A stretch of DNA of 61,931 nucleotides, the filler included. It is 6 parts of 6 records of this genome, joined end to end, with 100 filler letters (N's around TTAATTAATTAA, not from the genome) between each part and the next. Parts side by side here need not be neighbours in the genome. Positions count along the whole stretch, not along the records: positions 19,894 to 28,513 come from SRR31147125_1079; positions 28,614 to 38,694 come from SRR31147125_1090; 4 more parts are not named here. The stretch is one strand, 5' to 3'. The notes beneath the pieces were generated by a model. The model saw only the letters and a list, made by a program, of their open reading frames with translations, ran no database searches and was not told the origin of the DNA. Position numbers and translations under genes: made by a program. Positions 20,942 through 32,296 of this stretch are shown one piece after another (positions within the stretch are counted from its first letter, which is position 1; each line of letters starts with the position of its first letter).

Positions 20942-21619
20942 ATGGAGAAAATAATGTCACTCCCTTTTAGTTACAATATGGATACGATTTACCTGTTCCC
21001 CGTTGACCCGAACTGCCTTTATACCTATTGGGATTATGCAGAAGCGACATGGAACAAACTTGAAGAAAACGATGCTCGTGTAATGCTTTGTCTGATGGTC
21101 GAAGACTATGAATTGCAGAAAATCGAAGTCAATCGCAAAATACGAAATTACTACTTCAAAGGACTTAAAAGCAGAACCAAATACAAACTGCTTTTACAGA
21201 TTGTCGCAAACGGAGAAGTAACTCCATTTATGGAAACACCAATCATTGAAACTCCACCAGACACACCTTCGGAAAACACGGATGCTGTTTTTAAAAAGTT
21301 CAAATTTATCGAACCGAAACCGAAAGCATTTTTCCCTGATAAAAAGAAAAGATATTATCCGGAATTTTACGAGCAAGCTCAATCGGGAAAAAGCGGCAAA
21401 ACAGATGAATATGATGTCCAGAAAACAGATGGACAAGCAGGTGATATTGGCGGAGTACTCGACTTAAGACCGGAAGATCGGGAAAAGGCAGAACAGGCCA
21501 AAAAGGAATTATGGTGGATGAAATATCCCATGAAACAGGAATTGTTATCCTCACTTAATTACAGCACTCTAAACAGGCTGGAAGAAGAAATTGCACGCAA
21601 GGAGAATACCGATGACTAA
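20942..21619 (+). CDS. DUF4912 domain protein
   Basis: LPFSYNMDTIYLFPVDPNCLYTYWD ... TPPDTPS; adjacent to a GH57 gene. Confidence 0.8.
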   Translation: MEKIMSLPFSYNMDTIYLFPVDPNCLYTYWDYAEATWNKLEENDARVMLCLMVEDYELQKIEVNRKIRNYYFKGLKSRTKYKLLLQIVANGEVTPFMETPIIETPPDTPSENTDAVFKKFKFIEPKPKAFFPDKKKRYYPEFYEQAQSGKSGKTDEYDVQKTDGQAGDIGGVLDLRPEDREKAEQAKKELWWMKYPMKQELLSSLNYSTLNRLEEEIARKENTDD

Positions 21620-23204
21620 GGGATATTTATCACTGATACTGCACGCTCACCTGCCTTTTGTAAGGCATCCGGAACACGATGATTTCCTTGAGGAAAGATG
21701 GCTTTTTGAAGCGATTTCAGAGACTTACGTACCGTTGCTTCAAACCTTCATGGGCTTTGTAAAAGACAATGTTCCTTTCAAGATCACGCTTTCCGTTTCT
21801 CCTCCTTTGGCCAATATGCTGTCGGATTCACTGCTTCAGGAACGCTACGTCAATCACCTCGACAACCTGATAAATCTTTGCGAGGAAGAACTAAATCGCA
21901 CCAAGAGAAAAGATCCTAAATTCTACAATCTGTCACTGTTTTACTTCAATCTTTTCACAAGCATTCGCAGAACTTACGTTGATGTTTACAATTGCGACAT
22001 CTTGCGAGGTTTTAAGGAAATTGCAGCTACCGACCAACTGGAATTGACGACTTGCGCTGGAACTCATGGCTTTATGCCGATGATGCGCTATCACAAAGAA
22101 GCTATCAAGGGACAGATTTTTACAGCAGTCGATGAACATGAAAGACTATTCGGAAAAGCTCCGAAAGGAATCTGGGTTCCGGAATGCGGATTTTTCCCCG
22201 GACTAGATAAATATCTGGCCGATGCCGGAATCAGCTTTTTCATGACCGACGCTCACGGAATTAATTATGCCGACCCGAAACCGATTGACAGTGTTTACGC
22301 ACCGGTTATGTGTCCTTCGGGAGTAGCTGCTTTTGGTCGTGATCTGGAATCCTCCAAACAGGTCTGGAGTTCGGAAGAAGGTTATCCGGGAGACTATGAT
22401 TATCGTGAATTTTACCGCGATGTCGGCTTTGATCTGCCCTTCGACTACATCAAAAACTACATCCATAAAGACGGAATAAGACTAAATACCGGCATCAAGT
22501 ATTACCGCATCACAGGAACTGACAGCTTGAACAATCGTGATATTTACGATCCCGAAGTTGCAAGACAAAAAGCAGACTCGCACGCATCGAACTTTATGTT
22601 CAACCGTGAAAAACAGATCGATTGGTTATCCGAAAAAACGAAGAATAAACCGATAGTTATCGCACCATACGACTCCGAATTATTCGGTCATTGGTGGTTC
22701 GAGGGACCACAGTGGATTAATTATATGGTTCGTAAAGTTGCATTCGATCAGAATACTTTCGAGCTGACTACTCCGCGACATTTCCTCGAATCCGAACCTG
22801 AATTACAGGTAGCAATGCCTGCCGCTTCTTCATGGGGCGACAAAGGTTATTACGAGGTTTGGCTAAATGGCTCAAACGACTGGATCTATCGTCATCTGCA
22901 TATAGCGGCTGACAGAATGATCGAACTCGCAAAGCATCCGAGAAGAAACGATCCGCTAGTGGAACGAGCGATCAAACAGGCAATGAGAGAACTCCTGCTT
23001 TCGCAAAGCTCGGACTGGGCTTTTATCATGACTACCAGAACGGCAGTTGAATACGCAACCAACAGAACCGATAAACATTTGGAGCGTTTCAACCGATTAT
23101 ATACAGACATAAAAGAAGGTACGATAAACGAGGAAAAACTGGCGGAAATCGAAACCAGAGACAACATTTTCCCATTCGCCGATCCGGATGTTTTTCAATC
23201 TTGA
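21612..23204 (+). CDS. GH57 1,4-alpha-glucan branching enzyme (DUF1957 domain)
   Basis: LHAHLPFVRHPE, WVPECG, YDSELFGHWWFEGP, RELLLSQSSDWAF, DNIFP. Confidence 0.95.
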   Translation: MTKGYLSLILHAHLPFVRHPEHDDFLEERWLFEAISETYVPLLQTFMGFVKDNVPFKITLSVSPPLANMLSDSLLQERYVNHLDNLINLCEEELNRTKRKDPKFYNLSLFYFNLFTSIRRTYVDVYNCDILRGFKEIAATDQLELTTCAGTHGFMPMMRYHKEAIKGQIFTAVDEHERLFGKAPKGIWVPECGFFPGLDKYLADAGISFFMTDAHGINYADPKPIDSVYAPVMCPSGVAAFGRDLESSKQVWSSEEGYPGDYDYREFYRDVGFDLPFDYIKNYIHKDGIRLNTGIKYYRITGTDSLNNRDIYDPEVARQKADSHASNFMFNREKQIDWLSEKTKNKPIVIAPYDSELFGHWWFEGPQWINYMVRKVAFDQNTFELTTPRHFLESEPELQVAMPAASSWGDKGYYEVWLNGSNDWIYRHLHIAADRMIELAKHPRRNDPLVERAIKQAMRELLLSQSSDWAFIMTTRTAVEYATNRTDKHLERFNRLYTDIKEGTINEEKLAEIETRDNIFPFADPDVFQS

Positions 23205-23218
23205 GTAGCAGGAATAAT

Positions 23219-24710
23219 ATGGCATTCGACATGAAAATCTTGATGGCAACAGCGGAAGTGGCCCCATTCTCAAAGGTTGGAGGCTTGGGAGACGTGTGGT
23301 ACACTCCCGAAAATCATCAGTGATTCCAGCGACATACGCATCATCACGCCATTGTACGGGAAAATAGATCGAGACAAATTCCTTATCAGAAAGATGATAG
23401 GACTTGATAATGTCGAAATAAAAGTTGGTGATAATTCATACCAGGCCAGCTATTTCAGAACAAACATTCCTGACACTAGAATTCAGGTGTTTTTCGTATA
23501 CAATGAAGCTCTTTTCGATAGACCCGGAATATATGCAGATCCGGATAATAATGAAGGCTACAAAGATAACCCGACGCGCTTTTTGTTCTTTTCAAAAGCT
23601 GTTATCGAGTTTCTTAAAATGGGAGTTTTTAGCCCCGATGTCATACACCTGAATGACAACCAAACAGCACCAATAGCACCCATGTTAAGTACAGTAAAGG
23701 ACAACAAAAAACTAAACAATATCCCGACACTTTTGACAATTCACAACATGGAATATCAGGGACGTTATCCACTGCATTATGTCTATGAAGCGGGACTCGA
23801 TCAAAAGCTTGCAAAAATCGGCCAACCTCTCGAATTTTATGGTGACTTCAACTTTTTGAAATCGGGAATCATTTATTCGGACAAGGTAAATACAGTATCT
23901 GAAAGATACGCAAAGGAAACCACGGAATCACCTGAATTCGGCTTTGGGCTTGAAGGAGTCTTGCTTGACAAAGGTAAAGATTATTCCGGCATATTAAACG
24001 GAGTCGATTACTCCATCTGGAATCCCGAAACGGATTCGCATATCCCTAAAAACTATGATGCAAACAACCTGTTCGATAAAACAGCCAGCAAAAAAGCTCT
24101 AATAGATTTATGCGGATTTCCGAACAGAAATTATTCATGGCCTGTTATCGGAATTGTTTCCCGATTAGCATGGCAAAAAGGGATTGATATTATTCTCGAT
24201 GCTTTGCCTCAGATGATGAATAACGAGCTTTATCTCATCATACTCGGAACCGGCAACAAGGAACTCGAACAAAGACTCGAACAGGCTCACATGACCTATC
24301 CCGACAAACTGGCCTTGATGAACAGTTACGACGAAAAAGTGGCTCATCTGATAGAAGCAGGAAGCAACATGTTTCTCATGCCATCAAGATTCGAGCCTTG
24401 CGGTTTAAATCAACTATATTCACTGAAATATGGAACATTGCCTATCGTTCGGGAAACGGGCGGTTTGGCTGATACTATTAAAGATTATTCCCCTGATTCT
24501 GGCGAAGGATGGGGATTTACTTTTTCAGGATACGACCCAAACGATCTTGTAAACGCCATTGAAAGAGCTTTGCAGGCATATCAGGATCAGGAACTTTGGA
24601 CAATGCTTGCAAGGCGCGCCATGAGACTTGATTTTTCGTGGAAGAGTAGCGGAGCAAAATATTTAAAACTTTATCGGACATTATGTGATGGCAGCTCTAA
24701 ACATTCATAG
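23219..24710 (+). CDS. glgA: Glycogen synthase (frameshift near 23295)
   Basis: MKILMATAEVAPFSKVGGLGDV in one frame continues as GTLPK...TIHNMEYQG...PSRFEPCGLNQ in the next. Confidence 0.95.
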
Positions 24711-26901
24711 AATTCCGGAACCGGACTGGCTGGAGATTATCGAACCTATTTTCGACAGGCTCAAAGTAGGAGCTATGCTTGTCGATACAAAAAGAGAAAT
24801 CGTCTGGTCTAATTCCCACATGTCCGACTTTGATATTTGTTGCTGTGAACCATCACGAGCGACCTTTAAGACTCCGATTAAAACAGGCCAAAAATGCTGC
24901 GAAGACTGTATGCTTGCCAAATCCTGTTTTCAGTTCGATATTGAAGAAACCGAAGTAGAAAATAAAATTACCAAAAACGGAAAAAAACCCAGGTATTTTT
25001 CTGTTTTGTCATATTGCGTCCGCGATAAAAAAGGAGAGCCTGAATACACCTTGCATATGGCAAGAGACACTTCTCACCTCGAAATGGCGTTGATGGAGCA
25101 AAACGAGCTTCAGCTTGTTCTTTTCAATGTGCTTGATAATACTGCCGATGCCGTAATCACTCTCAATAAAGACAATAAAGTCTATTCATGGAACAGGGGA
25201 GCCTGGCAAGTATTCGGTTACACCAAAGAAGAAATGCGTGGCAAGCCGATGCAAACTCTCATCCCGGACAATACATCAGCACAAAGAAGCATGGATGAAA
25301 TAGGTCGCATGATTGCCGAACAGGGTTTTGTTCGTAATCACCGTGTTACGATGCAGACCAAAGGCAAAAGATCAATTGACGTTGCCGTTACTTTGACCAC
25401 GATGAAGGACTTAAACGGCAAACCTTTCGGTCATTCGTTAATTATCCGAGATATCAGCAAACTCGTACACCTTGAAAGACAACTTTCACAAAAAGTTATA
25501 CAATTAACAAAACTCTTACAAATGGATGATATCATCCGTTCAGCAAAAACGATTCAGGAGATATATAACACGATCCTTGTAGCTGTTACATCCGGAGAAG
25601 GACTCAAATTTAGTCGTGCTTTTCTCTTTATTATGGATGACACAAGAAAAAGACTTATCGGAACGCAGGCCATTAGTTATTCGGAACAAAGCCTTGAAGT
25701 TCCAACACATATACAGATTGAAAACTTTGAAAGCGAACAATTGACTCTGGCAGAAATTATCCGCCAGAGATTCGGAGATCAATCCGAAAATGAAGATGAA
25801 GAAAACATACTTGTGAAAGACATCGAAATAAACATCGAGGAAGCAGCAAATCCACTTGTCCGATGTCTGATGGAAAACAGACCCTATCTCTACGTTCGAG
25901 GTGGAGCAGATGATGAATGGTTGCATGAACTTATAGGACAACTCGATTTCGATCAATTTGTTGCCGTTCCATTAGTATGGCAAGATAAAAAGATAGGTTT
26001 GATGATTGCGGATAATGTAGAAACAGGACGTTACATTTCGATGGAAGACGTACAGTTTTTGAGCAGTTTTGCAAACCGCGCTGCAAGTGCCATTTCAAAC
26101 ATTGAGCTTCATGGTGATTTGCAAGCCAAAATTGAAGAATTGAAAAATGTATACCAGCAAGCAACAGAACATCAATCTGCAAGTTTACGAAAACAGCGAC
26201 TGGTGGCTTTGGGTGAAATGGCCTCAAAAGTTGCTCATGAAATAAGAAATCCGCTTGTGTCTATCGGAGGTTTTGCCAGATTGCTGATGAGTGAAAACAT
26301 CGATCAGGAATCTAATCTCAAGTTTCTAAACGTAATCGTTGATGAATCGACAAGGCTTGAAAGAATCCTCGGTGAAGTTTTAGGCTGGGTTAAAAACCCG
26401 CAGGTTGACATGTCGCCTGAAAACATAAACGATCTATTAAAAGAATGCGTAATGATCGTTGAAAAACAGGAAAGCAAAATGAAGGTGGATTTTTTGATGG
26501 ATCTCGATTCCACTCTTCCTTCTGTCAACTGCAATCTCGATAGAGTGAAACAGGCTTTTATGAACATTATTCAAAACGGCATTGAAGCCATGGGAAAAGT
26601 TGGTACAATGTCGATTATGACACAAAAAGACGATACTCATGCTATAATCATGATATCCGATACAGGCGTAGGACTTGATGAAGAAGCACAAGAAAACCTG
26701 TTTAAAGAATTTTTTACAACGAAATCAAGAGGAGTCGGTTTGGGCTTAAGTATTACCAAACAAATCATCGATGAGCACAACGGAGAAATATCCGTTGAAA
26801 GCGCACCGGGAAAAGGTAGTACTTTCAGACTGAGACTCCCAATTACTCCGAAGGAGGTAGATCATGACAAACTCGACCAGGAAGAAATTGCTCATAGTTG
26901 A
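24688..26901 (+). CDS. PAS-PAS-GAF sensor histidine kinase
   Basis: H-box VAHEIRNPL, N-box NIIQNG, DTGVG, FFTTK, GVGLGL; PAS WNRGA; GAF AVPL. Confidence 0.95.
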   Translation: MAALNIHRIPEPDWLEIIEPIFDRLKVGAMLVDTKREIVWSNSHMSDFDICCCEPSRATFKTPIKTGQKCCEDCMLAKSCFQFDIEETEVENKITKNGKKPRYFSVLSYCVRDKKGEPEYTLHMARDTSHLEMALMEQNELQLVLFNVLDNTADAVITLNKDNKVYSWNRGAWQVFGYTKEEMRGKPMQTLIPDNTSAQRSMDEIGRMIAEQGFVRNHRVTMQTKGKRSIDVAVTLTTMKDLNGKPFGHSLIIRDISKLVHLERQLSQKVIQLTKLLQMDDIIRSAKTIQEIYNTILVAVTSGEGLKFSRAFLFIMDDTRKRLIGTQAISYSEQSLEVPTHIQIENFESEQLTLAEIIRQRFGDQSENEDEENILVKDIEINIEEAANPLVRCLMENRPYLYVRGGADDEWLHELIGQLDFDQFVAVPLVWQDKKIGLMIADNVETGRYISMEDVQFLSSFANRAASAISNIELHGDLQAKIEELKNVYQQATEHQSASLRKQRLVALGEMASKVAHEIRNPLVSIGGFARLLMSENIDQESNLKFLNVIVDESTRLERILGEVLGWVKNPQVDMSPENINDLLKECVMIVEKQESKMKVDFLMDLDSTLPSVNCNLDRVKQAFMNIIQNGIEAMGKVGTMSIMTQKDDTHAIIMISDTGVGLDEEAQENLFKEFFTTKSRGVGLGLSITKQIIDEHNGEISVESAPGKGSTFRLRLPITPKEVDHDKLDQEEIAHS

Positions 26902-27241
26902 TGATGAGGAAAATCTTTGCACTCTCTACGAAGCCGAATTCAAAAAAGACGGTTATGACGTAGTAGTGGCACAAAGTGGTCCCGAAGCAATTGAAATGGT
27001 AGAGAAAGAGTCACCGGATCTGGTTGTATTGGACATTCGTATGCCGGGAATGGATGGCATCGAAGCGATGAGCGAAATTCTCAGCCGTGACAATCAGCTA
27101 CCGGTTATCATTAACAGCGCATACAGCCATTACAAAGAAAATTTCATGAGTTGGTCCGCCGACGCGTATGTCGTCAAATCTTCCAATCTCGATGAACTTA
27201 AAGCCGAAGTTGAAAAATTATTAAGCAAAGAAGCTGAATAA
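26864..27241 (+). CDS. Single-domain response regulator
   Basis: LIVDDE, VLDIRMPGMDG, YVVKSS; no output domain. Confidence 0.95.
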   Translation: MTNSTRKKLLIVDDEENLCTLYEAEFKKDGYDVVVAQSGPEAIEMVEKESPDLVVLDIRMPGMDGIEAMSEILSRDNQLPVIINSAYSHYKENFMSWSADAYVVKSSNLDELKAEVEKLLSKEAE

Positions 27242-27286
27242 TCGCTCGTTCTGTTATCGCACTTATCTGAGAGGAAGCTAACCGTT

Positions 27287-28513
27287 ATGCAAGGCAACTG
27301 GGCAGGCATTTATAAAAACACTCTAACAATGATTCTTGCCGGAGGCAGAGGTGAAAGACTGCTACCTCTGACTTTACCTAGATCTAAACCTTCAGTTCCA
27401 TTCGGAGGGATGTACCGGATTCTCGATTTTACCTTGAGCAACTGCATCAACTCCGGATTAAGACGCATTTATTTGCTTACACAATATAAAAGTCAATCAC
27501 TCGATGAACATGTAAAAAAAGGCTGGAACATTTTCGCTCACCAACTGGGTGAATTTATCTATACCGTTCCTCCTCAGCAGAGATACAGAGATAAATGGTA
27601 TTCAGGTACAGCAGACGCAATATTCCAGAATCTGAACCTTCTCGATAAACACAAACCTGAATACGTTGTAATTTTGTCAGGCGATCACATCTATAAAATG
27701 GATTACTCCAAAATGCTCGCCTATCATATAGAAAAAGGTGCGGACGTCACTGTTTCTACAATTCCTGTTACACTGGAAGAAGCCAAACGCTTCGGAGTTT
27801 GCGGTACCACACCGGATGGTGAAATCATTTCTTTTGAAGAAAAAGTTGAAAATCCTCGTGAGCTTCCAGATAAACCCGGTTTCTGTCTGGGTAGCATGGG
27901 GGTATATGTTTTCAATACCAAAGTCCTCGCCATGGAATGCGCAAAGGACGCCAAAAAGAAATCCTCGCACGATTTCGGCAAAGACATCCTTCCCGGATTG
28001 CTCGAAACGGCGAAGGTCTACGCATATCAATTCGAGGATGAAAACAGGAAAAGTTCAGCTTACTGGAGAGACATAGGAACGCTTGACAGCTACTACGAAG
28101 CCTCGATGGATCTGGTTTCCGTTGATCCTCATTTCAATTTTTATGATAACAGTTGGCCGATACACACATATATTCATGAATTACCGCCATCAAAAACCGT
28201 TTGGCGAGGCTCAGAACGACAAGGAAACGTTATAGAATCCATCCTTTGTCAGGGAGTTATAGTTTCAGGTGGTGTTACGGTTCGTTCCATTCTTGGACCT
28301 GGATCGAGGATAAACAGTTTTTCAAGCTCGGAAGGTTGCATATTCTTCGATGGAGTCGATGTGGGCAGACATTGCAAACTGCGTAAAACCATTGTCGATA
28401 AATACGTGAAAATCCCTGAAGGAACAGTAATCGGTTATGATGAAGAGGAAGACAGAAAACGATTTGTCGTAACCGATAACGGAGTAGTCGTAGTCCCCAA
28501 AGGCTATATTTTC
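27287..28513 (+). CDS. glgC: Glucose-1-phosphate adenylyltransferase (reaches the contig end)
   Basis: ILAGGRGERL, KPSVPFGG, GTADA, GDHIYKMDY, HDFGKD, YWRDIGT. Confidence 0.97.
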
Positions 28514-28613
28514 NNNNNNNNNNNNNNNNNNNNNNNNNNNNNNNNNNNNNNNNNNNNTTAATTAATTAANNNNNNNNNNNNNNNNNNNNNNNNNNNNNNN
28601 NNNNNNNNNNNNN
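28514..28613. other. Artificial contig-joining linker
   Basis: N44-TTAATTAATTAA-N44. Confidence 0.98.
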
Positions 28614-28834
28614 CCATGGCCAAAAGGGTGTTCTTTATCAGGCGGTTTCTCGGCCCTGCGGATTGCGATGAAGTTTATGGCAGACATGACAATATCAAGA
28701 AAGGAATCAACCCCGGAGGAGAGAACAGCCAGAGAACCGGTGGCAATGCCGGTCGCAAGCTTCAGGGCGCAAAGAAAAGTTGCCGCCAGAAGTGACCATA
28801 GCGCGGCCCTGATTTTGGGGTTAGCCGATATCAT
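28614..28834 (-). CDS. Cation diffusion facilitator (FieF-like), 5' part
   Basis: TGSLAVLSSGVDSFLD...KPPDKEHPFGH. Confidence 0.9.
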
Positions 28835-28876
28835 GGAAAGCCGAATGGGGAAAAATACATGGATAAAATTAACGCA

Positions 28877-29390
28877 TTATTTTTTCAGGGAGCACTCCGC
28901 TTCCCAGGCAATAAACCCGTCCTCCTCGATGGCCCAGAAGGAATCGATGCGCTCTTCATAATAATCAAGCCTGTCGCAATTGTGGGCAATTTCCTCAGCT
29001 AGAGCAGGTTCCACCTTCCCCAAATCTTTACAGAAAGCATAAAATGCCTTGATCCCTGCGAGAATATGCCTGAGTTCCTTGGGATTGGGATCGAGTGTTT
29101 TGACGATATACCAGTTCCCTGCAAACTGCAGAACCCGTTCGGAAGGAATGGCAAAGATATTCTCACACTGCTCAGGAATAATGAATTCCCGCAGGAAGTG
29201 ATCGGTTCCTTTGGACAGCAGACCGGCGGCGACAGGGGCAACTTTTTTCATCAACCAGGTGGTGATAAAAGGTTCCCATAAGCTGCGCGCAGAGCTGATC
29301 TACTCGAATTTCATCTTGTAGGTTGCGAATATCGAAATTTTCGGATTCAAAGATTTTATCCGATGCATGCAACGGTGTTTTTTTGTTCAT
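28877..29390 (-). CDS. Hypothetical protein (frameshift near the T-run at about 29245)
   Basis: ORFs 29172-29438 and 28877-29254 join; RBS GGAGG before ATG at 29390. Confidence 0.7.
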
Positions 29391-29673
29391 TAGCCCTCCC
29401 GATGCGGTCAGTCTAATATTTAAGGGCCAAGGAATCAAGGACTGATGATTTGGACATTTTAGGGCTTATGGACAATTAATTTGAAAAATCTCCACCGAGG
29501 CCTGCGGTATTGAAAACCTTTTGCTGAAACTTTGCGTGATTTCAGTGCTCTAAGCTGTTTACTTAAAAATAGCTCTTTGTTAACATAATCCGGAAAATAG
29601 GTTTTCGATTATATGCTTCGAGGCAAGCCCATTCCATGGTTTTTGTGCCTCGGTTAGAAGGATATTCACTACC

Positions 29674-32293
29674 ATGACCTCTACAACCCCCATGATGCGC
29701 CAATATCTGGAAATCAAGGAAAAACACCCTGACTCGATCCTTTTTTTCCGTATGGGGGATTTTTACGAAATGTTTCTCGATGATGCCGTAAAGGCATCCA
29801 AGATCCTCGATATCACCCTGACGGCACGTAATCGCGGTCAACGCGACGAGATTCCCATGTGTGGGGTGCCTTTCCACAGTAGTCAGCCTTACGTCAGCAA
29901 GCTTGTCGATTCAGGCTTTAAGGTCGCGATCTGTGAACAGGTTGAAGACCCCAAAAAAGCCAAGGGGCTTGTCCGGCGGGACGTTGTCAAGGTTGTCACC
30001 CCCGGTCTAAACACCGACACTGATGCGCTTAATCCCAAAGAGAACAACTATCTCATGAGCCTTGCCAACGGGTCCGGTGAACGATGTGGAGCCGCTTGGC
30101 TCGATTTGACCACCGGAGAATTTCAGGTGGCGGAATTTCACGATATTGAGAAGGTTCGTAGCGAAATCGGTTCTGTGCGCCCTGGCGAGATCCTCATCCC
30201 GGAAGGAGAGGAAGGAGACGGCCTCCTGAAAAAATTCGCTCCGATGATTCAGGATAGGACCATCAGCACTCTTCCCGACTGGACTTTCGAGCATAAAAAT
30301 GCCGCAAATGCCATTCTCGATTATTTCTCTTGCGCTTCCCTGGATGTTTTCGGCTGTACACGTCTTCCAGACGCCGTTCGGGCTGCAGGAGCCGTTATTC
30401 ATTATCTTCAGGATACCCAGAAGGGAATAGTTGGGCATGTTCGTCCGCCCCGCACGGTTCAGACCTCCGATCACATGATTCTTGACGACGCCACTCGCCG
30501 CAATCTCGAACTGGTTGCCACGATTCAGCGAGGAACTCGCAAGGGTTCTCTTCTAGGCGAACTGGACAGAACCCTGACTGCCATGGGGGGAAGAAAACTT
30601 CTGAAATGGATTAATTATCCCCTCATCAATGCAGCTAAGATTCGCCGGCGCCAGGAAGCTGTTGCCGAACTGACTGATAATTTCCAACTTCGCCAGGAAG
30701 TGCGCGAGCGGCTCGAAGGGGTTTACGATCTAGAGAGACTGAACGCCAAGATTTCCCTAGGCAACGCCAATGCCAGAGACCTTTTGGCGTTGAAAAACTC
30801 ACTGGAGAGGATCCCTGCTATCCGGGAGTTGCTCTCAGGGTGCAGTGCCCAGGTTTTAAAAGACCTGGATGTTACCATCGATTCACTTCAGGACATTCAG
30901 GATCTCATTTTACGCGGCATTTCTGAAAATCCTCCTTTCGTTCTCCGCGAAGGGGGTATGATCCGCGACGGATTCCATAGTGAAATCGATGAACTTAGGC
31001 GGATCAGCCGCGACGGTAAAGGCTGGATCAGTCGGCTGGAGAAACAGGAGAAGGAGAGAACCGGGATATCTTCTCTGAAAATTCGTTTCAACAGGGTTTT
31101 TGGATACTACATCGAGGTGACTCGAAGTAATTTAAAACAGGTGCCCGAAGACTATCTCCGCAAGCAGACCCTCGCAAACGCCGAACGCTTCATCACACCC
31201 ACCCTCAAGGAATATGAAGAGAAGGTATTAAGAGCCGATGACCGGATTGTAGAATTGGAGTACGAAGTTTACCAGGAGCTCCGCATTCAGGTCGCTTCCC
31301 AAGGGGAGCGGATTCAGACAACCGCTGATGCGCTTGCCGATCTCGATGTCCTGGCGGGCCTGGGCGACGTGGCCCATGAGCGTAATTATGTCTGCCCGGA
31401 GATTGATGACGGCGAAACACTTGTCATTCGGGATGGGCGGCATCCGGTTATTGAAAACATGACGCTCGATGAACGCTTTGTCCCCAACGATGTAGAGATG
31501 GACACCTGCGAAAATCAGATACTGATCATTACCGGACCAAACATGGCCGGAAAATCGACATACATGCGGCAAGTCGCCCTGATTGTCCTTATGGCTCAGA
31601 TAGGCTCGTTCGTACCTGCCAGCGAGGCTCATATCGGGGTGGTTGACCGGATTTTTACCCGCGTCGGCGCCAGCGACAATCTTGCTCGAGGCCAATCGAC
31701 CTTTATGGTTGAGATGACGGAAACAGCCCATATTCTCAATCATGCCACCTCTAGGAGCCTCATCGTTCTGGATGAAATCGGCCGTGGCACTTCTACATTT
31801 GACGGTATCAGCATTGCATGGTCAGTAGTAGAGTTTCTTCATGATTCCAATGAGATGGGTGCGAAAACCCTGTTTGCAACACACTATCACGAATTGACCG
31901 ACCTTGCCTTAACCTGTGAAAGAGTGCAAAATTTCAACATCGCTGTCAAAGAATGGGACGATCAGATTATATTTCTTCGCCGTATCGTTAGAGGCGGGGC
32001 GAGCCCATTCCTACGGTATTCAGGTGGCGCGACTGGCCGGACTCCCAACTGCGGTGGTTGAAAGGGCCCGGGAAGTTCTGACCAATCTTGAAGCGGGTGA
32101 ACTGTCCAGGGAAGGGGAACCGAAGCTGGCTCACAGTCGGAAAAAATCGGGGTCTAAGGTTCCCGAAAATCAACTGGCCCTTTTTTCCGAAAAAGGGGAT
32201 GAATTGCACAAAAAGATTAAAGATATCGACATTTCGGTACTGACACCCCTGGAAGCTTTAAATCTGCTCGACCAACTAAAAAAAATGGTGTGA
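29674..32293 (+). CDS. mutS: DNA mismatch repair protein MutS (frameshift near 32005)
   Basis: [46 protein letters not shown]. Confidence 0.98.
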
Positions 32294-32296
32294 TAA

